From Alphaproteobacteria bacterium (lineage in GTDB: Bacteria; Pseudomonadota; Alphaproteobacteria; JAAXGF01): DNA of 64,000 nucleotides. The translations under genes and the position numbers were made by a program. Under the pieces are notes generated by a model. That model was given only the letters and a program-made list of their open reading frames with translations, did not search any database and had not been told where the DNA came from. Shown piece by piece: positions 41,258 to 51,751 of the stretch; positions within the stretch are counted from its first letter, which is position 1, and the number at the start of each line of letters is the position of its first letter. The DNA is taken from positions 224,001 to 288,000 of the forward strand of contig CAUVXB020000001.1 of assembly GCA_963555825.3 (NCBI GenBank), in the 5' to 3' direction.

Positions 41258-43058
41258 GACGGGGCGGTAAAAAGTCGATTCCTCATGAGAGTCGGCTGGA
41301 TTATAATTGTGCATGTTTACTTTACGCGACCGACGGACTGGGGAATTGTTTGATCGCTGGTCCGATTTCGGGGACAAACGTCGGCGCCTGATGGAGCAAT
41401 CCTGGGCCGGGGTTTTTCGGAACCATCTGCTTGTCGAACTTCCGGTTGACGATCTTTGCCGTCACCTTGATGAACGCATGGGCCGACCATCGAAGGATCT
41501 ACACGTTGTCATCGGGGTCTTGCTTTTGCAGCAGCTGCACGATCTGAGCGATGCAGAGACCGTCGAGGCCCTGGCCTTCAATATGGCGTGGCACTATGCC
41601 TTGGACGTGCGCAGCGAAGCGGACAGCTATTTCTGTGAGAAAACCCTGCGCAACTATCGCCGTCTGTTTATCGAACAAGGTCTCGATGAATTGCTGTTCC
41701 GGTGTTTGACGGATCGGCTGGTGCAGGGGTTCTCTGTCGATACCAGCCACCAACGCATGGATTCGACGGCCCTTCGTTCGGCAATGCGGGCGCTGACACG
41801 ACTTGGTATCGTTGTTGAGAGCATCTCGAAGTTTGCCCGTGAGCTTGAGCGATATCATCCCGGTCTGCACGAGCAGATCAGCAAGGAGGTGATCCGCCGC
41901 TATGTCGATCGCGAGGGTAATGGCGCGTTCGCGAATACGGCGCCGAGTGTTTCAAAACGGCGCCTCGGCGAAGCGGGTCAGTATCTCCTAGCCCTGGTGC
42001 TGCAATTCCGTGACACGGCGGCGGCAAAGCTTTCCAGTTTTGCGATCCTGGAGAGGGTTCTGCGCGATCAGTTCGAGATCGTTGATGATGAGTATGGCGA
42101 TCGTGACGCAACGCGCGCCGCGATTCGAGATCCAAAGGATGTGCCGTGCGATACCGTCGGCAATCCGGCCGACCCGGACGCGAGCTACAACGCGCACAAG
42201 GGTCAAGGATACATGGCGCAGATCGTCGAAACCTATTGTGAAGATGTCAGTAACGAGGCGGTTGCCGCGACACCGGACCTCATCACCCACGTGGAGGTCC
42301 ACAAGATGACGGTGCATGACGGCCATCGCTTAGCCGATGCGCTGGATGATCTGAGCGAGCGCGCGCTGACGCCGGCGGTGATGCTGGGTGATTCACATTA
42401 CGGTTCCAGTGACAACATGGCTCTGACGCGCGAACAGAACATCAATCTCGTGGCGCCCGCACGACCGCCGAAAGGCGCCGTCTCGGGACGGTTGACGTTG
42501 GAGGATTTCACTCTCAACGAAGAAGGCTTGGTCTTGCGCTGTCCCAATAACGTCGAACCGGTTTCAGCCTCGCTCGCCAAAGCCAAGCTGCAGGCCCGTT
42601 TCGACCTCTCCATCTGCCAAAAATGTCCCGATATACTGCGATGTCCCGTGCAGGCGGCCAAGCGTGACGGCCAATTTTCCCGCTTTCAATATACCCCGGC
42701 CAGGGCTGCCAACCAAAAGCGCCGGCTTTATGAACAAAGCGATGCCTTCCGCAACGTCTACAGATGGCGGGCCGGCATAGAAGCGACCATGTCGCGATTA
42801 AAGTACCAGATGAACCTGGCTCACCTACGCATTCGCGGCATGCCGGCCATGCGCTACGTGGTCAATCTGCGTGCCCTCGGCCTCAATATCCGACGCTGCG
42901 CGGCAATCGCACCATAAAAAACGAAGCCAAGGAGAAGCCAAGGGTAGGTAATATCAGGTTTTATCCACCAGCAACGCGGAGACAGGCAAATATTCTTCAC
43001 CGAACCGCAAAGACCTGTACAAGCACGCCATCGGCCAACAACTTTTTACCGCCCCGTC
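41258..43058 (+). mobile_element. IS1182-family element, complete
   Basis: 18-bp perfect IRs GACGGGGCGGTAAAAAGT; 7-bp duplication GAATCTT at 41251-41257 and 43059-43065. Confidence 0.92.
41313..42917 (+). CDS. IS1182-family transposase
   Basis: GRPSK, MDST, DPDASY, DSHYGS, CP..CxxC..CP insertion and YRWRAGIEATMS motifs. Confidence 0.85.
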   Translation: MFTLRDRRTGELFDRWSDFGDKRRRLMEQSWAGVFRNHLLVELPVDDLCRHLDERMGRPSKDLHVVIGVLLLQQLHDLSDAETVEALAFNMAWHYALDVRSEADSYFCEKTLRNYRRLFIEQGLDELLFRCLTDRLVQGFSVDTSHQRMDSTALRSAMRALTRLGIVVESISKFARELERYHPGLHEQISKEVIRRYVDREGNGAFANTAPSVSKRRLGEAGQYLLALVLQFRDTAAAKLSSFAILERVLRDQFEIVDDEYGDRDATRAAIRDPKDVPCDTVGNPADPDASYNAHKGQGYMAQIVETYCEDVSNEAVAATPDLITHVEVHKMTVHDGHRLADALDDLSERALTPAVMLGDSHYGSSDNMALTREQNINLVAPARPPKGAVSGRLTLEDFTLNEEGLVLRCPNNVEPVSASLAKAKLQARFDLSICQKCPDILRCPVQAAKRDGQFSRFQYTPARAANQKRRLYEQSDAFRNVYRWRAGIEATMSRLKYQMNLAHLRIRGMPAMRYVVNLRALGLNIRRCAAIAP

Positions 43059-43146
43059 GAATCTTGTGTACGGCGTTGAAATGAAGGCGGCGTATCCTGG
43101 TGATTGTTGATGTCACCACTTGAGCTAAGCCAAGGAAGGATACGCC

Positions 43147-44391
43147 ATGAAAGAGAATACCGTTGTTGCTTTTCAAAACCCATCTGATTTTCAGAAAGAT
43201 CCGTTGACGGAAGTCCTACAAGCTGGAGCTCGCGAGTTGTTGGCCCAAGCCGTTGAGGCCGAGGTCTCCGTGTTTTTGGGTAGCCATGCGGCGCTTGTTG
43301 ACGCCGCCGGCCGCCGCCGGGTTGTCCGCAATGGATATCTGCCGGAACGCTTCATCCAGACCGGGATCGGCCCGGTGAGCGTGCGCCAACCCCGTGTGCG
43401 GGACCGGGGGGACGGCGCCATCCGCTTCACGTCGGCGATCCTGCCGCGCTATCTGCGCCGCGCCAAGAGCCTGGAAGACCTTTTGCCATGGCTGTATCTG
43501 AAGGGCATTTCCACCGGCGACTTCGGGGAAGCCTTGGCGGCGCTCCTGGGGAGCTCCGCGCCGGGGCTTTCGGCCTCCACGATCACCCGGCTGAAAGAGG
43601 TCTGGGGGGTTGAGGCGGAGCGCTGGCAACGGCGCGACCTCACGGCCAAGCGCTACGTCTATTTCTGGGTGGACGGCATCTATTTCAGCGCCCGCATGGA
43701 GGAAGAGAAGCAGTGCATCCTGGTGATCGTCGGGGCCACGGACAAGGGACAGAAGGAACTGATCGCCATCGCCGACGGCTATCGCGAAAGTGAGCAGTCC
43801 TGGCTCGAAGTTCTGCTCGATCTCAAGCGGCGCGGCCTTGAAATGGGTCCGCAACTGGCGCTCGGCGACGGCGCGCTCGGCTTCTGGAAGGCGCTCCGCC
43901 AAGTCTACCCAGGCGCCCGCGAGCAACGCTGCTGGGTTCACAAGACGGGCAACGTCTTGAACAAGCTGCCCAAGGGTCTGCAAAAGAAAGCCAAGGGGCG
44001 CCTGCAAGACATCTGGATGGCCGAAACCAGGAAGGATGCCGAGAGCGCCTTCGACTTCTTCCTGGAAGCCTACGGGCCGAAGTACGACAAGGCCGCGGCC
44101 TGCCTGGCCAAGGACCGCGACGTCCTGCTGACGTTCTACGACTTCCCCGCCGAGCACTGGAAGCATGTACGCACGACCAACCCCATCGAGAGCACGTTCG
44201 CCACGGTTCGTCTGCGCACCTACCGGACCAAGGGCTGCCTGTCGCGCAAGACGGCGATGGCCATGGTCTTCAAACTATGCCAGTGCGCTCAGAGAAAATG
44301 GAGAAAACTCGATGGATCGAACCATCTCGCCGAGATCATTCGCGGCGTCAAATTCGTAGATGGAGAACGCCAGGATCGCGCCGCCGCATGA
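43147..44391 (+). CDS. IS256-family transposase
   Basis: Translation identical to 3011-4255. Confidence 0.95.
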   Translation: MKENTVVAFQNPSDFQKDPLTEVLQAGARELLAQAVEAEVSVFLGSHAALVDAAGRRRVVRNGYLPERFIQTGIGPVSVRQPRVRDRGDGAIRFTSAILPRYLRRAKSLEDLLPWLYLKGISTGDFGEALAALLGSSAPGLSASTITRLKEVWGVEAERWQRRDLTAKRYVYFWVDGIYFSARMEEEKQCILVIVGATDKGQKELIAIADGYRESEQSWLEVLLDLKRRGLEMGPQLALGDGALGFWKALRQVYPGAREQRCWVHKTGNVLNKLPKGLQKKAKGRLQDIWMAETRKDAESAFDFFLEAYGPKYDKAAACLAKDRDVLLTFYDFPAEHWKHVRTTNPIESTFATVRLRTYRTKGCLSRKTAMAMVFKLCQCAQRKWRKLDGSNHLAEIIRGVKFVDGERQDRAAA

Positions 44392-44569
44392 TCAGCCCAT
44401 ACACAACTTTTGACAATAGCTCGCCTTGTCGCACGGATACACTCGTGTGCACTAGTAGCCGCCGACTCTAGGCTTCTCTAAAGAGTGCGATTTGATTAAC
44501 TTCTGTGAACAGAAGTGAATTGCGTGATCATGCGTGAAGCCAGGAACTTGTAACCCGGAATGTAACCCG

Positions 44570-45421
44570 ATGGCCAAGAAAATTCTGAAAACCATGCCAA
44601 AAGTTATGCTGGATGACATGGCGACACACATCGTTCCGTGGGGAAAACTACGGCGAGATTTTCTCGAGGGAGTAGGTTTTGCACAGGGACTAGAGCTAGA
44701 AACTCGCGAAAAAGGAGAAAGGCGGGCTGTCGAAGATGGTGTGAAAATAGGTCGTCGGCGCCGAAGGCAAAAACGAGATGCCAAGAACCTTCAGAAGAAA
44801 CCCGGGCTGTCCAAGCTCGACTTGGCGCAGGGGTCTGATCCCCCTTACACGTATTCCCCGTTTCGCACCCAAATCGATCAAGAATTGCTCTCTCTCGCTT
44901 TGGATTATGTCCGTGATCCTCCCCCCGTGATTCAAGACTCTTTGGAGAAAGAGATCGCTTCCACCACATTTGTCGAAGCTTGGGGGAAGTTCAGTTATGC
45001 GCTCGGGATCATCGACGCCAACTATATGGGTCACGGCGATGGGCTGTACAACGAGCGACGCGGTGGTCTGGGGCGCGGAGAATCGAGTAGTGACTGGCAC
45101 AAACAGTACTTCGTCGATTGGGTTTCAGCCTACATGAGCCGATTGCAGGCAGAGCGCGGGAATCCGCAAGGACACGACAGAGACTGGCGAAAACACGGTG
45201 AACGCGCATTTGTGGATTTTGTTACCAAGGTACTATCTGGCTCTGGCGAACAAGCAGCTCCGGAGGGGGATCCAACCTGGTTTAAGGAATTCATCAAAGT
45301 CGACGCGAAGAAGCCTGGATTGGGACCCGAGCTTAAGAAGACTTACCCCGCATTTCCCAAGTATCGTCGATATTCAGTGCGGCGAGAAGGCGATTCTGCT
45401 ATAAGAATCATGAAGTTGTAG
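44570..45421 (+). CDS. Island cargo hypothetical protein, 3' end replaced by IS1380
   Basis: Long open frame in lower-GC DNA; the last ~25 codons come from the IS1380 left end (from 45347); start uncertain. Confidence 0.55.
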   Translation: MAKKILKTMPKVMLDDMATHIVPWGKLRRDFLEGVGFAQGLELETREKGERRAVEDGVKIGRRRRRQKRDAKNLQKKPGLSKLDLAQGSDPPYTYSPFRTQIDQELLSLALDYVRDPPPVIQDSLEKEIASTTFVEAWGKFSYALGIIDANYMGHGDGLYNERRGGLGRGESSSDWHKQYFVDWVSAYMSRLQAERGNPQGHDRDWRKHGERAFVDFVTKVLSGSGEQAAPEGDPTWFKEFIKVDAKKPGLGPELKKTYPAFPKYRRYSVRREGDSAIRIMKL

Positions 45422-46090
45422 CATACATGGAGCGGCGGATATGGCACACCCGATGGGTGAATCGAAACCGGGGTGCCTTCGGGTCGTTTTTGACCGTCGA
45501 TTGAAGCTTGAATTCCACGGTTCCAAGATCACCTCTGATGCCGGGTTGCTCGCCTACCGGGAGCTTGACGATGCCCTCGGCCTGACTGAGATGGCCGAGG
45601 GTGTTTTCCAGGATAGCCGTACCGGCAAGAACGGATGGCACGGCATGACGGGTCAGTTTCGCCAGTCCGTTTTCGGGCGCCTTGGCGGCTATGACGATGT
45701 GAACGACGCCGACCGTCTGGGACGCGATCCCGCCATGCGCTGGATTGTTGGCGGCAAGGCCATCGAAAGACAGGCCGCTTCCACCAGCCAGATGGGACGC
45801 TTCGAGACGGAGCTATTGGCCACCGACGAGAACGTTGAAGCCTTGGTCGACATGAACGGGGTGTGGATCGACAAGGTTCATGACCGCCATCCGCCGAAGA
45901 TGATCATTCTCGACATGGACAGCAGCGTCAGCCCGACCCATGGCGAACAAGAGGGAACAGCGTACAATGGTCACTTCGGCTGTACCTGCTAGCATCCGCT
46001 ATTCCTGTTCAACCAGTTCGGCGACTTGGAGAGATGTTCCCTGCGCCCCGGTAATGTTCACAGTGCCGACGGATGGCGGAATGTTCTGGA
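45347..46090 (+). pseudogene. Truncated IS1380 copy with nonsense mutation
   Basis: Matches 55871 onward; TAC>TAG at 45990-45992; cut by the IS starting at 46091. Confidence 0.92.
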
Positions 46091-47510
46091 TGAGTCGGAC
46101 CCGATTTCCTTGGACACAGAATTGGCTTAATCGAAGTGTCCAAGGAGGACCGGAACATGACCGACAATTTTGAGAACAAAGTTGCTGTTGATGGGCCTGT
46201 GGTAAACGAGGGCGAGCTTGGCTCGTCCACGTTTTCCCCGGGCCAGGTTTCGCCGGCAGGCCCGCTGGGACTTGGCCAGCGGTGGACGGTGACGCGCAAG
46301 CGTGAGGTTGCCCTGCGGCTTTTGCGTGGCGAGCCGGTGGAACTTTTGTCGCGGCAGTTGGGCGTGGAGATTTTCCGGCTCGAGCAGTGGCGTGAGAAGG
46401 CGATCGCCGGGATCGATGCCTCGCTCAAGGAACGCAAGGGCGATCCGGTGAAGGCGGAACTGGACATCGCCATGAAGCGGATCGGGGAGTTGATCATGCA
46501 GGTGGAACTGCTGGAGGCCAAGACGGAGACGTCCGGCCCTTTGGGGCGGCGGAGGTCGCGGCGATGAGTGCCGCCACCTCTCCCGGCACGGGTTTGGCCT
46601 ACGGCCTCCAGCGGGTCTGTGCGGCCTGGGGTTTTGCCCGTTCCTCGTTCTACGCCATGAAATCCCGGCAGCAGGCCACCGCTGAGCGCCCACCAGCAAA
46701 GCGCCGGGGACCGAAGCCCTCGATCTCGGACGAGGCTCTGCTGGTGGCCATCGAGGCCGACCTGGAGGCATCCCCCTGGGAGGGCGAGGGACACCGCAAG
46801 GTCTGGGCTCGGCTTCGGGTCTGTCGTGGCATCCGTGTTTCCCGCAAGCGGGGGCTCCGGGTGATGCGCGAGAACAACCTGCTCTCGCCCCATCGCTGCC
46901 GCCGCCGTGGCGGAAATCCCCATGTCGGTGAGATCATCACCCATGCCCCCAACCTCATGTGGGGCACGGACGGCGTTCGGGTGTTCACGGTGGACGACGG
47001 CTGGGGCTGGATATTCACCGCCATCGAGCATTGGAACGCCGAGTGCGTCGGCTGGCATGTGTGCAAGCGAGGCGACCGCTTCGCCGCCCTTCAGCCGATC
47101 TCCATGGGGCTTGCGAGGCTGTATGCCTCGACCTCCGCCGGTGCGGCGCGGGGGCTGGCCTTGCGGATGGATCACGGCTCCCAGTATCTGTCGGACCACT
47201 TCACCAACCAGATCAAGTTCTGGGGCATCCAGCCGTCCTACGCCTTCGTCGAACAGCCCCAGACCAACGGCGTCGCCGAGAGGTTCAATCGCACGCTCAA
47301 GGAACAGATCATCCATGGCCGCATCTACCGCAACATCGCGGAGCTGCGGAACGCCGTCCGCGGGTTCGTCGAACAGTACAATGCCCAGTGGATCGTGGAG
47401 AAGAACGGCTACCTGAGCCCCGCTCAAGCTCGTCAGGCGTGGCACACCGCGATGTCACTCAGGCCCGCCGCATGAGACAAACTTGTGTCCAAGGAACCGG
47501 GTGCGATACA
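46091..47510 (+). mobile_element. Two-ORF IS3/IS481-like element, copy 2 (orfA 46157-46567, orfB 46564-47475)
   Basis: Same translations as 36793-38212; no target duplication, consistent with an adjacent deletion. Confidence 0.9.
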
Positions 47511-47760
47511 AAACATCATACGACGAAGAGCTCGGACGCCACTGTTACATCTTTCAGCGTTTTGCCGATTGTCAATGGCGGAGCAAAAAGGGACCACCTC
47601 GGCGGTGTAAGAAGGGACCGCTTGGCGGCTGCGGGCTTGTCCCCGTAGTCCACGGGAGGGCCCCGCGCGCGACGCGGCGTGCCCTCAACAGGCTGACGCG
47701 GCGGCGCGCGCGGGAGGGACCTGTGGGCCCACGGGGTCAAGCGTGGGCTGGGTGGTCGGT

Positions 47761-48525
47761 TCAGTTAGCAGTCGGGGTTTGACGCCTGCGGCTCTGGTTG
47801 AGCCTGTAGCTGTCACCGTTCATCTCGAGGATGTTGACGTGGTGGGTGAGGCGATCGAGGAGCGCGCCGGTGAGGCGCTCGGAGCCGAACACCTCGGTCC
47901 ATTCGTCGAAGGGCAGATTGGTGGTGACCAGGGTCGAGCCCCGCTCGTAGCGTTGGCTGAACACCTCGAACAACAGCTCGGCGCCGGTCTTCGACAGCGG
48001 CACGAAGCCGAGTTCGTCGACGATCAGAAGCTTGTAGGTGGCGAGCTTCTTCTGGAACCTCAGCAGCTGCTTGTCATCGCGGGCCTCGATGAGTTCGTGG
48101 ACCAGCGCGGCGGCGGTGATGAAGCCGACCGAGAGGCCCTTCTGGCAGGCCGCCAGGCCGAGACCGAGGGCGATGTGGGTCTTGCCGGTCCCACTGTTGC
48201 CGAGCGCGATGAGGTTCTCGCGGCGCTCGATGTACTCGCAGCGGGCCAGCTCCAGGACCAGCGCCTTGTTGAGCGAGGGGATGACCTTGAAGTCGAAGCT
48301 GTCGAGGCTCTTGACCACGGGGAAGCGCGCCGCCTTGATGCGCCGCTCGACCATGCGGCGCTCGCGGTCGATCAGCTCGAGCTCGGCGAGTCTCAACAGG
48401 TAGCGGACGTGATCGACGCCTTCCGAGGCGCACTGCCGGGCGATCTTGTCGTACTCGCGCAGGAAGGTCGGCAGCTTCAGCGTCTTGAGGTGGTGGGCGA
48501 GCAGCACTTGCGGTGTGTCGGTCAT
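47761..48525 (-). CDS. istB: IS21 ATP-binding helper
   Basis: Same translation as copy 1. Confidence 0.95.
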   Translation of the reverse strand: MTDTPQVLLAHHLKTLKLPTFLREYDKIARQCASEGVDHVRYLLRLAELELIDRERRMVERRIKAARFPVVKSLDSFDFKVIPSLNKALVLELARCEYIERRENLIALGNSGTGKTHIALGLGLAACQKGLSVGFITAAALVHELIEARDDKQLLRFQKKLATYKLLIVDELGFVPLSKTGAELLFEVFSQRYERGSTLVTTNLPFDEWTEVFGSERLTGALLDRLTHHVNILEMNGDSYRLNQSRRRQTPTAN

Positions 48526-50021
48526 GCGCCGAGCCCCGACAGCAGGCTCATGTACGACTTGGCGGACGTCATCGCGACCCGGGCGCGCGGCAGATACGGA
48601 TAGACGTCGAGGTTGAGCCTGGGCGGCCGCCGCTCGATGCGGCACAGTACCAGGTGCTTCACCGCATCAAAGCCGATTGCGCCGAGCCGCAGGGCGTCGC
48701 CGACCGCACCCTCGACCTCCTCGAGCCGGAAGGTCTCCAGTAGACGGAGCACCTGGACGTACTCGCGCTTGCCTGCCTTGCCCATACGAGCTTCGAGGAG
48801 CCGCCGCAGAGTGATGAAGGCCTCGGGCAGGTCCCAGCCCGCCAATGGCGCGGCCTGGTCGAGGGCGCCGATCTTCTGCTCGATCAAGGGCAGGTAATGC
48901 AGCGGGTCGAAGATCAGGTCCTCGCTGTCGTAGGACCGGCGGTGCCGGGCGATCACCTCGGCCCCGCAGCTGATCACCACCTCATCGACGTAGCCCCGGA
49001 TGAGCACCTCACGGTGGCCGTAGGCCACGGGCACGGAATAGTCGTTGCTGCGGTAACGCACCAGCGACAGCGAACTCGCCCGTCCAGGGCGCTTATCGCA
49101 GGCATCATAGGGAGCAGGCGGCAATGGCAAGAGAACTTGACGATCCCGCTCGAGACGCTCGCCGATGGTCTCCTTGTGGCCCCGCAGCCGCGCCGCCTGG
49201 CGCCGGCGGCACTGTTCGGCGAGAGCATCGTTGAGGGCCGCGAAGCTCTCGGCACGCGGGACGGGGACCAGGAAGTTCCGCCGGATGAAGCCGACCAGTC
49301 CCTCGACCTTGCCCTTGTCGTTGCCCTTGCCCGGCCGGCCGAACCTGTCCTCGAACAGATAGTGGGACTGAAGCTCCGTGAAGACGCGCGTTCGCTGCCG
49401 CTTCCCATCGCCCAGGATCCGGGCAACCGCCAGCTTGGTGTTGTCGTACAGGATGGATCGGGGGACGCCGCCGAAGAAGGCAAACGCCGCGTTGTGGCCA
49501 TCGCAGAATGCTTCGGTCGTCTCCGCCGGATAGGCCGCAACAAAGCAACCATCACTGTGGGGAAGGTCGAAGGCAAGGAAGTGGATCTTCCGTAACGCGC
49601 CGCCGATCACCGCCATCGCTTCGCCGAAGTCCGCCTGGGCGTGACCGGGGGAATGGGAGAGTGGCACGAACACCTCACGCGACCGAAGCCCCTGCTCACG
49701 AACGTAGTCCTTCACGATGGTGTAGCCGCCCGTGAAACCGTACTCGTCCCGGAGGCGGTCGAAGATGCGCTTCGCAGTGTGCCGTTGCTTGCGGTGGCTG
49801 GTCCGATCGTCTTCCAAGATCCGATCGATGATTCCCGTGAACGGACCCAGCTTTGGCCGCCTCGGCGGCGCGCTTCGGCGATACCCTGGCGGCACCGAGA
49901 ACGACAGCATCTTACGGACCGTCTTGCGGTCTACACCAAACACCCGCGAGGCCTCGCGGGTGCTCATCCCCTCGACATGACACGCCCGCCGAACCCGTGC
50001 GTACAACTCCACCCGATACAT
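48522..50021 (-). CDS. istA: IS21 transposase
   Basis: Same translation as copy 1. Confidence 0.95.
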   Translation of the reverse strand: MYRVELYARVRRACHVEGMSTREASRVFGVDRKTVRKMLSFSVPPGYRRSAPPRRPKLGPFTGIIDRILEDDRTSHRKQRHTAKRIFDRLRDEYGFTGGYTIVKDYVREQGLRSREVFVPLSHSPGHAQADFGEAMAVIGGALRKIHFLAFDLPHSDGCFVAAYPAETTEAFCDGHNAAFAFFGGVPRSILYDNTKLAVARILGDGKRQRTRVFTELQSHYLFEDRFGRPGKGNDKGKVEGLVGFIRRNFLVPVPRAESFAALNDALAEQCRRRQAARLRGHKETIGERLERDRQVLLPLPPAPYDACDKRPGRASSLSLVRYRSNDYSVPVAYGHREVLIRGYVDEVVISCGAEVIARHRRSYDSEDLIFDPLHYLPLIEQKIGALDQAAPLAGWDLPEAFITLRRLLEARMGKAGKREYVQVLRLLETFRLEEVEGAVGDALRLGAIGFDAVKHLVLCRIERRPPRLNLDVYPYLPRARVAMTSAKSYMSLLSGLGA

Positions 50022-50139
50022 CCCCCCCGCCTTCCAGTCAGAGCAACCCTGACAGAAGGCTATACGCGGTCCCATTTTGGTCCGCCGCAGCCGGATCGAC
50101 CGGCCGCTTCAGTGGGGGATTATTGCTCTGCCGTTCTCA

Positions 50140-50296
50140 AGTCGGATTGGTGTCGAAACTCGCCGGACACGCTAACGCCAACGTGACGCTCGGGCACTAT
50201 ACGCAAGCCGTGCGCGGGGGTATGGAAGCGGTTGAGGGATTGGCATTGGCGTACGAGGCAGCCGACGGTGCACCGCAACATGTAACCACGGTGTAA
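50140..50296 (+). pseudogene. Tyrosine recombinase C-terminal remnant
   Basis: VSKLAGHANANVTLGHYTQA matches box II (GH-x9-Y); ends ~50 bp from the att core. Confidence 0.8.
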
Positions 50297-50307
50297 CCCG
50301 GCGTATC

Positions 50308-50895
50308 TCACGCGGCCAAAAACAGCGGTTCTTCGGGCTCTGGTTCACCGCTCGGGTGATTGTGCACCATGACGATCGCCGAGGCGCCGAGTTCGAGGGC
50401 GCGCTTGACGACCTCGCGCGGATAGACCGGCGTGTGGTCGACGGTGCCGGTCTGCTGTAGCTCGTCGGCGATCAGGATGTTCTTGTTGTTCAGGAAAAGG
50501 ACGCGGAACTGCTCGGTCTTGCCGTAGCCCATGGTCGCCCGACAGTACGCCAGCACCTTCTCCCAGGAACCCAGGATCGGCTTATCCATGACATCTTCAC
50601 GCATCAGCCTGAGCGCGGCGGCCTGGACCGACTTGAGCGTGACGATCACCGACTCTCCCGCGCCCGCCGTCTCGGCGAGACGTTCGGTGTCGGCGCTGAT
50701 CACCTCGGCGAAGCTGCCGAAGCGGTTCATCAGGGCCTTGGCGAGAGGCTTAACGTCGGCGCGTGGCCGCGCCATGAAGAGCAGAAGCTCGAGCAGTTCG
50801 TAATCCGCCAGGCCGTCGGCGCCGACCTTGAGGAAGCGCTCGCGCAGCCGCTTGCGGTGGCCGGTGTAATGGGGCTTTTCGGGCGCGGCGGCCAT
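50308..50895 (-). pseudogene. radC: radC 5' part, truncated at HNHPSG and given an island-derived tail
   Basis: [32 protein letters not shown] and HNHPSG, then [12 protein letters not shown]. Confidence 0.93.
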
Positions 50896-50905
50896 CGCGG
50901 CGCGC

Positions 50906-51742
50906 TCAGTCGAACGGCGGCTGATGCTTGTCGGCCGGCGACAGGGTGAAGATCTCGTGGCCGGCCGCGGTGACCCCGATCGAATGCTCGAACTGTGCCG
51001 ACAGCGACCGGTCCTTGGTTACCGCCGTCCAGCCGTCGCTCAGAATTTTTACCTCGTAGCGGCCCAGATTGATCATCGGTTCGACGGTGAAAAACATGCC
51101 CTCGCGCAGCATCGGCCCTTCCCCGGGCCGGCCGTAGTGAACGATGTTGGGCGCGTCGTGGAACACGCGGCCCAGGCCGTGGCCACAGAAATCGCGCACC
51201 ACCGAGCAGCGCTCGGCCTCGGCGTAAATCTGGATGGCGTGGCCGATGTCGCCGACCGTGGCGCCGGGCTTGACCACGGCGATGCCGCGCAACATCGCTT
51301 CATAGGTCACGTCGATCAGGCGGCGCGCTTTGCGCGACACGTCGCCGATGTAGAACATACGGCTGGTATCGCCGTGCCAGCCATCGAGGATGACGGTGAC
51401 GTCGATGTTGACGACGTCGCCTTTCTGCAGGCGCTTGTCGCCAGGAATGCCGTGGCAGACGACGTGGTTGACCGACGTGCAGATCGATTTCGGAAAACCG
51501 CGGTAGCCGAGCGGTGCCGGTATCGCGTCGTGATCGAGGATGAATTCGTGGCACAGCCGGTCGAGCTCCCCGGTCGACACGCCGGGCACGACGAACGGAA
51601 TGATGTAGTCGAGCGCTTCGGCGCCAAGCCGCCCGGCGCGCCGCATGCTCTCGAAATCCTCGGGCCCGTACACGCGGATGCCTTCCGCCGTGCGCGTGCC
51701 GCTACCCGGTGCCGTTGCTCGCAGTTGCGACAATGACGTCAT
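50906..51742 (-). CDS. map: Methionine aminopeptidase type I
   Basis: [36 protein letters not shown] and SAQFEHS motifs. Confidence 0.96.
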   Translation of the reverse strand: MTSLSQLRATAPGSGTRTAEGIRVYGPEDFESMRRAGRLGAEALDYIIPFVVPGVSTGELDRLCHEFILDHDAIPAPLGYRGFPKSICTSVNHVVCHGIPGDKRLQKGDVVNIDVTVILDGWHGDTSRMFYIGDVSRKARRLIDVTYEAMLRGIAVVKPGATVGDIGHAIQIYAEAERCSVVRDFCGHGLGRVFHDAPNIVHYGRPGEGPMLREGMFFTVEPMINLGRYEVKILSDGWTAVTKDRSLSAQFEHSIGVTAAGHEIFTLSPADKHQPPFD

Positions 51743-51751
51743 TATTTCGAT

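Larger units (their letters stand above)
41240..44422 (+). mobile_element. IS256-family element, copy 2 (left IR interrupted by IS1182)
   Basis: GAGCTA...TAGCTC ends; 9-bp target duplication GCCTTGTCG at 41231-41239 and 44423-44431. Confidence 0.93.
47570..50139 (-). mobile_element. IS21-family element, copy 2
   Basis: Near-identical to 22251-24820, with a few substitutions at the right end. Confidence 0.93.
41181..50358. mobile_element. Degraded tyrosine-integrase genomic island integrated in radC
   Basis: Direct repeat CCGCTCGGGTG at 41181-41191 and 50348-50358, with the two radC halves outside; integrase remnant at 50140-50296. Confidence 0.88.

Noticed and set aside
36793-47510. Composite transposon carrying rpsD
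   Set aside because: Copy 1 has its own 14-bp duplication, so it is an independent insertion.
22251-50139. Composite transposon bounded by the two IS21 copies
   Set aside because: No matching outer target duplication, core genes such as rpsD lie inside, and copy 2 is within the radC island.
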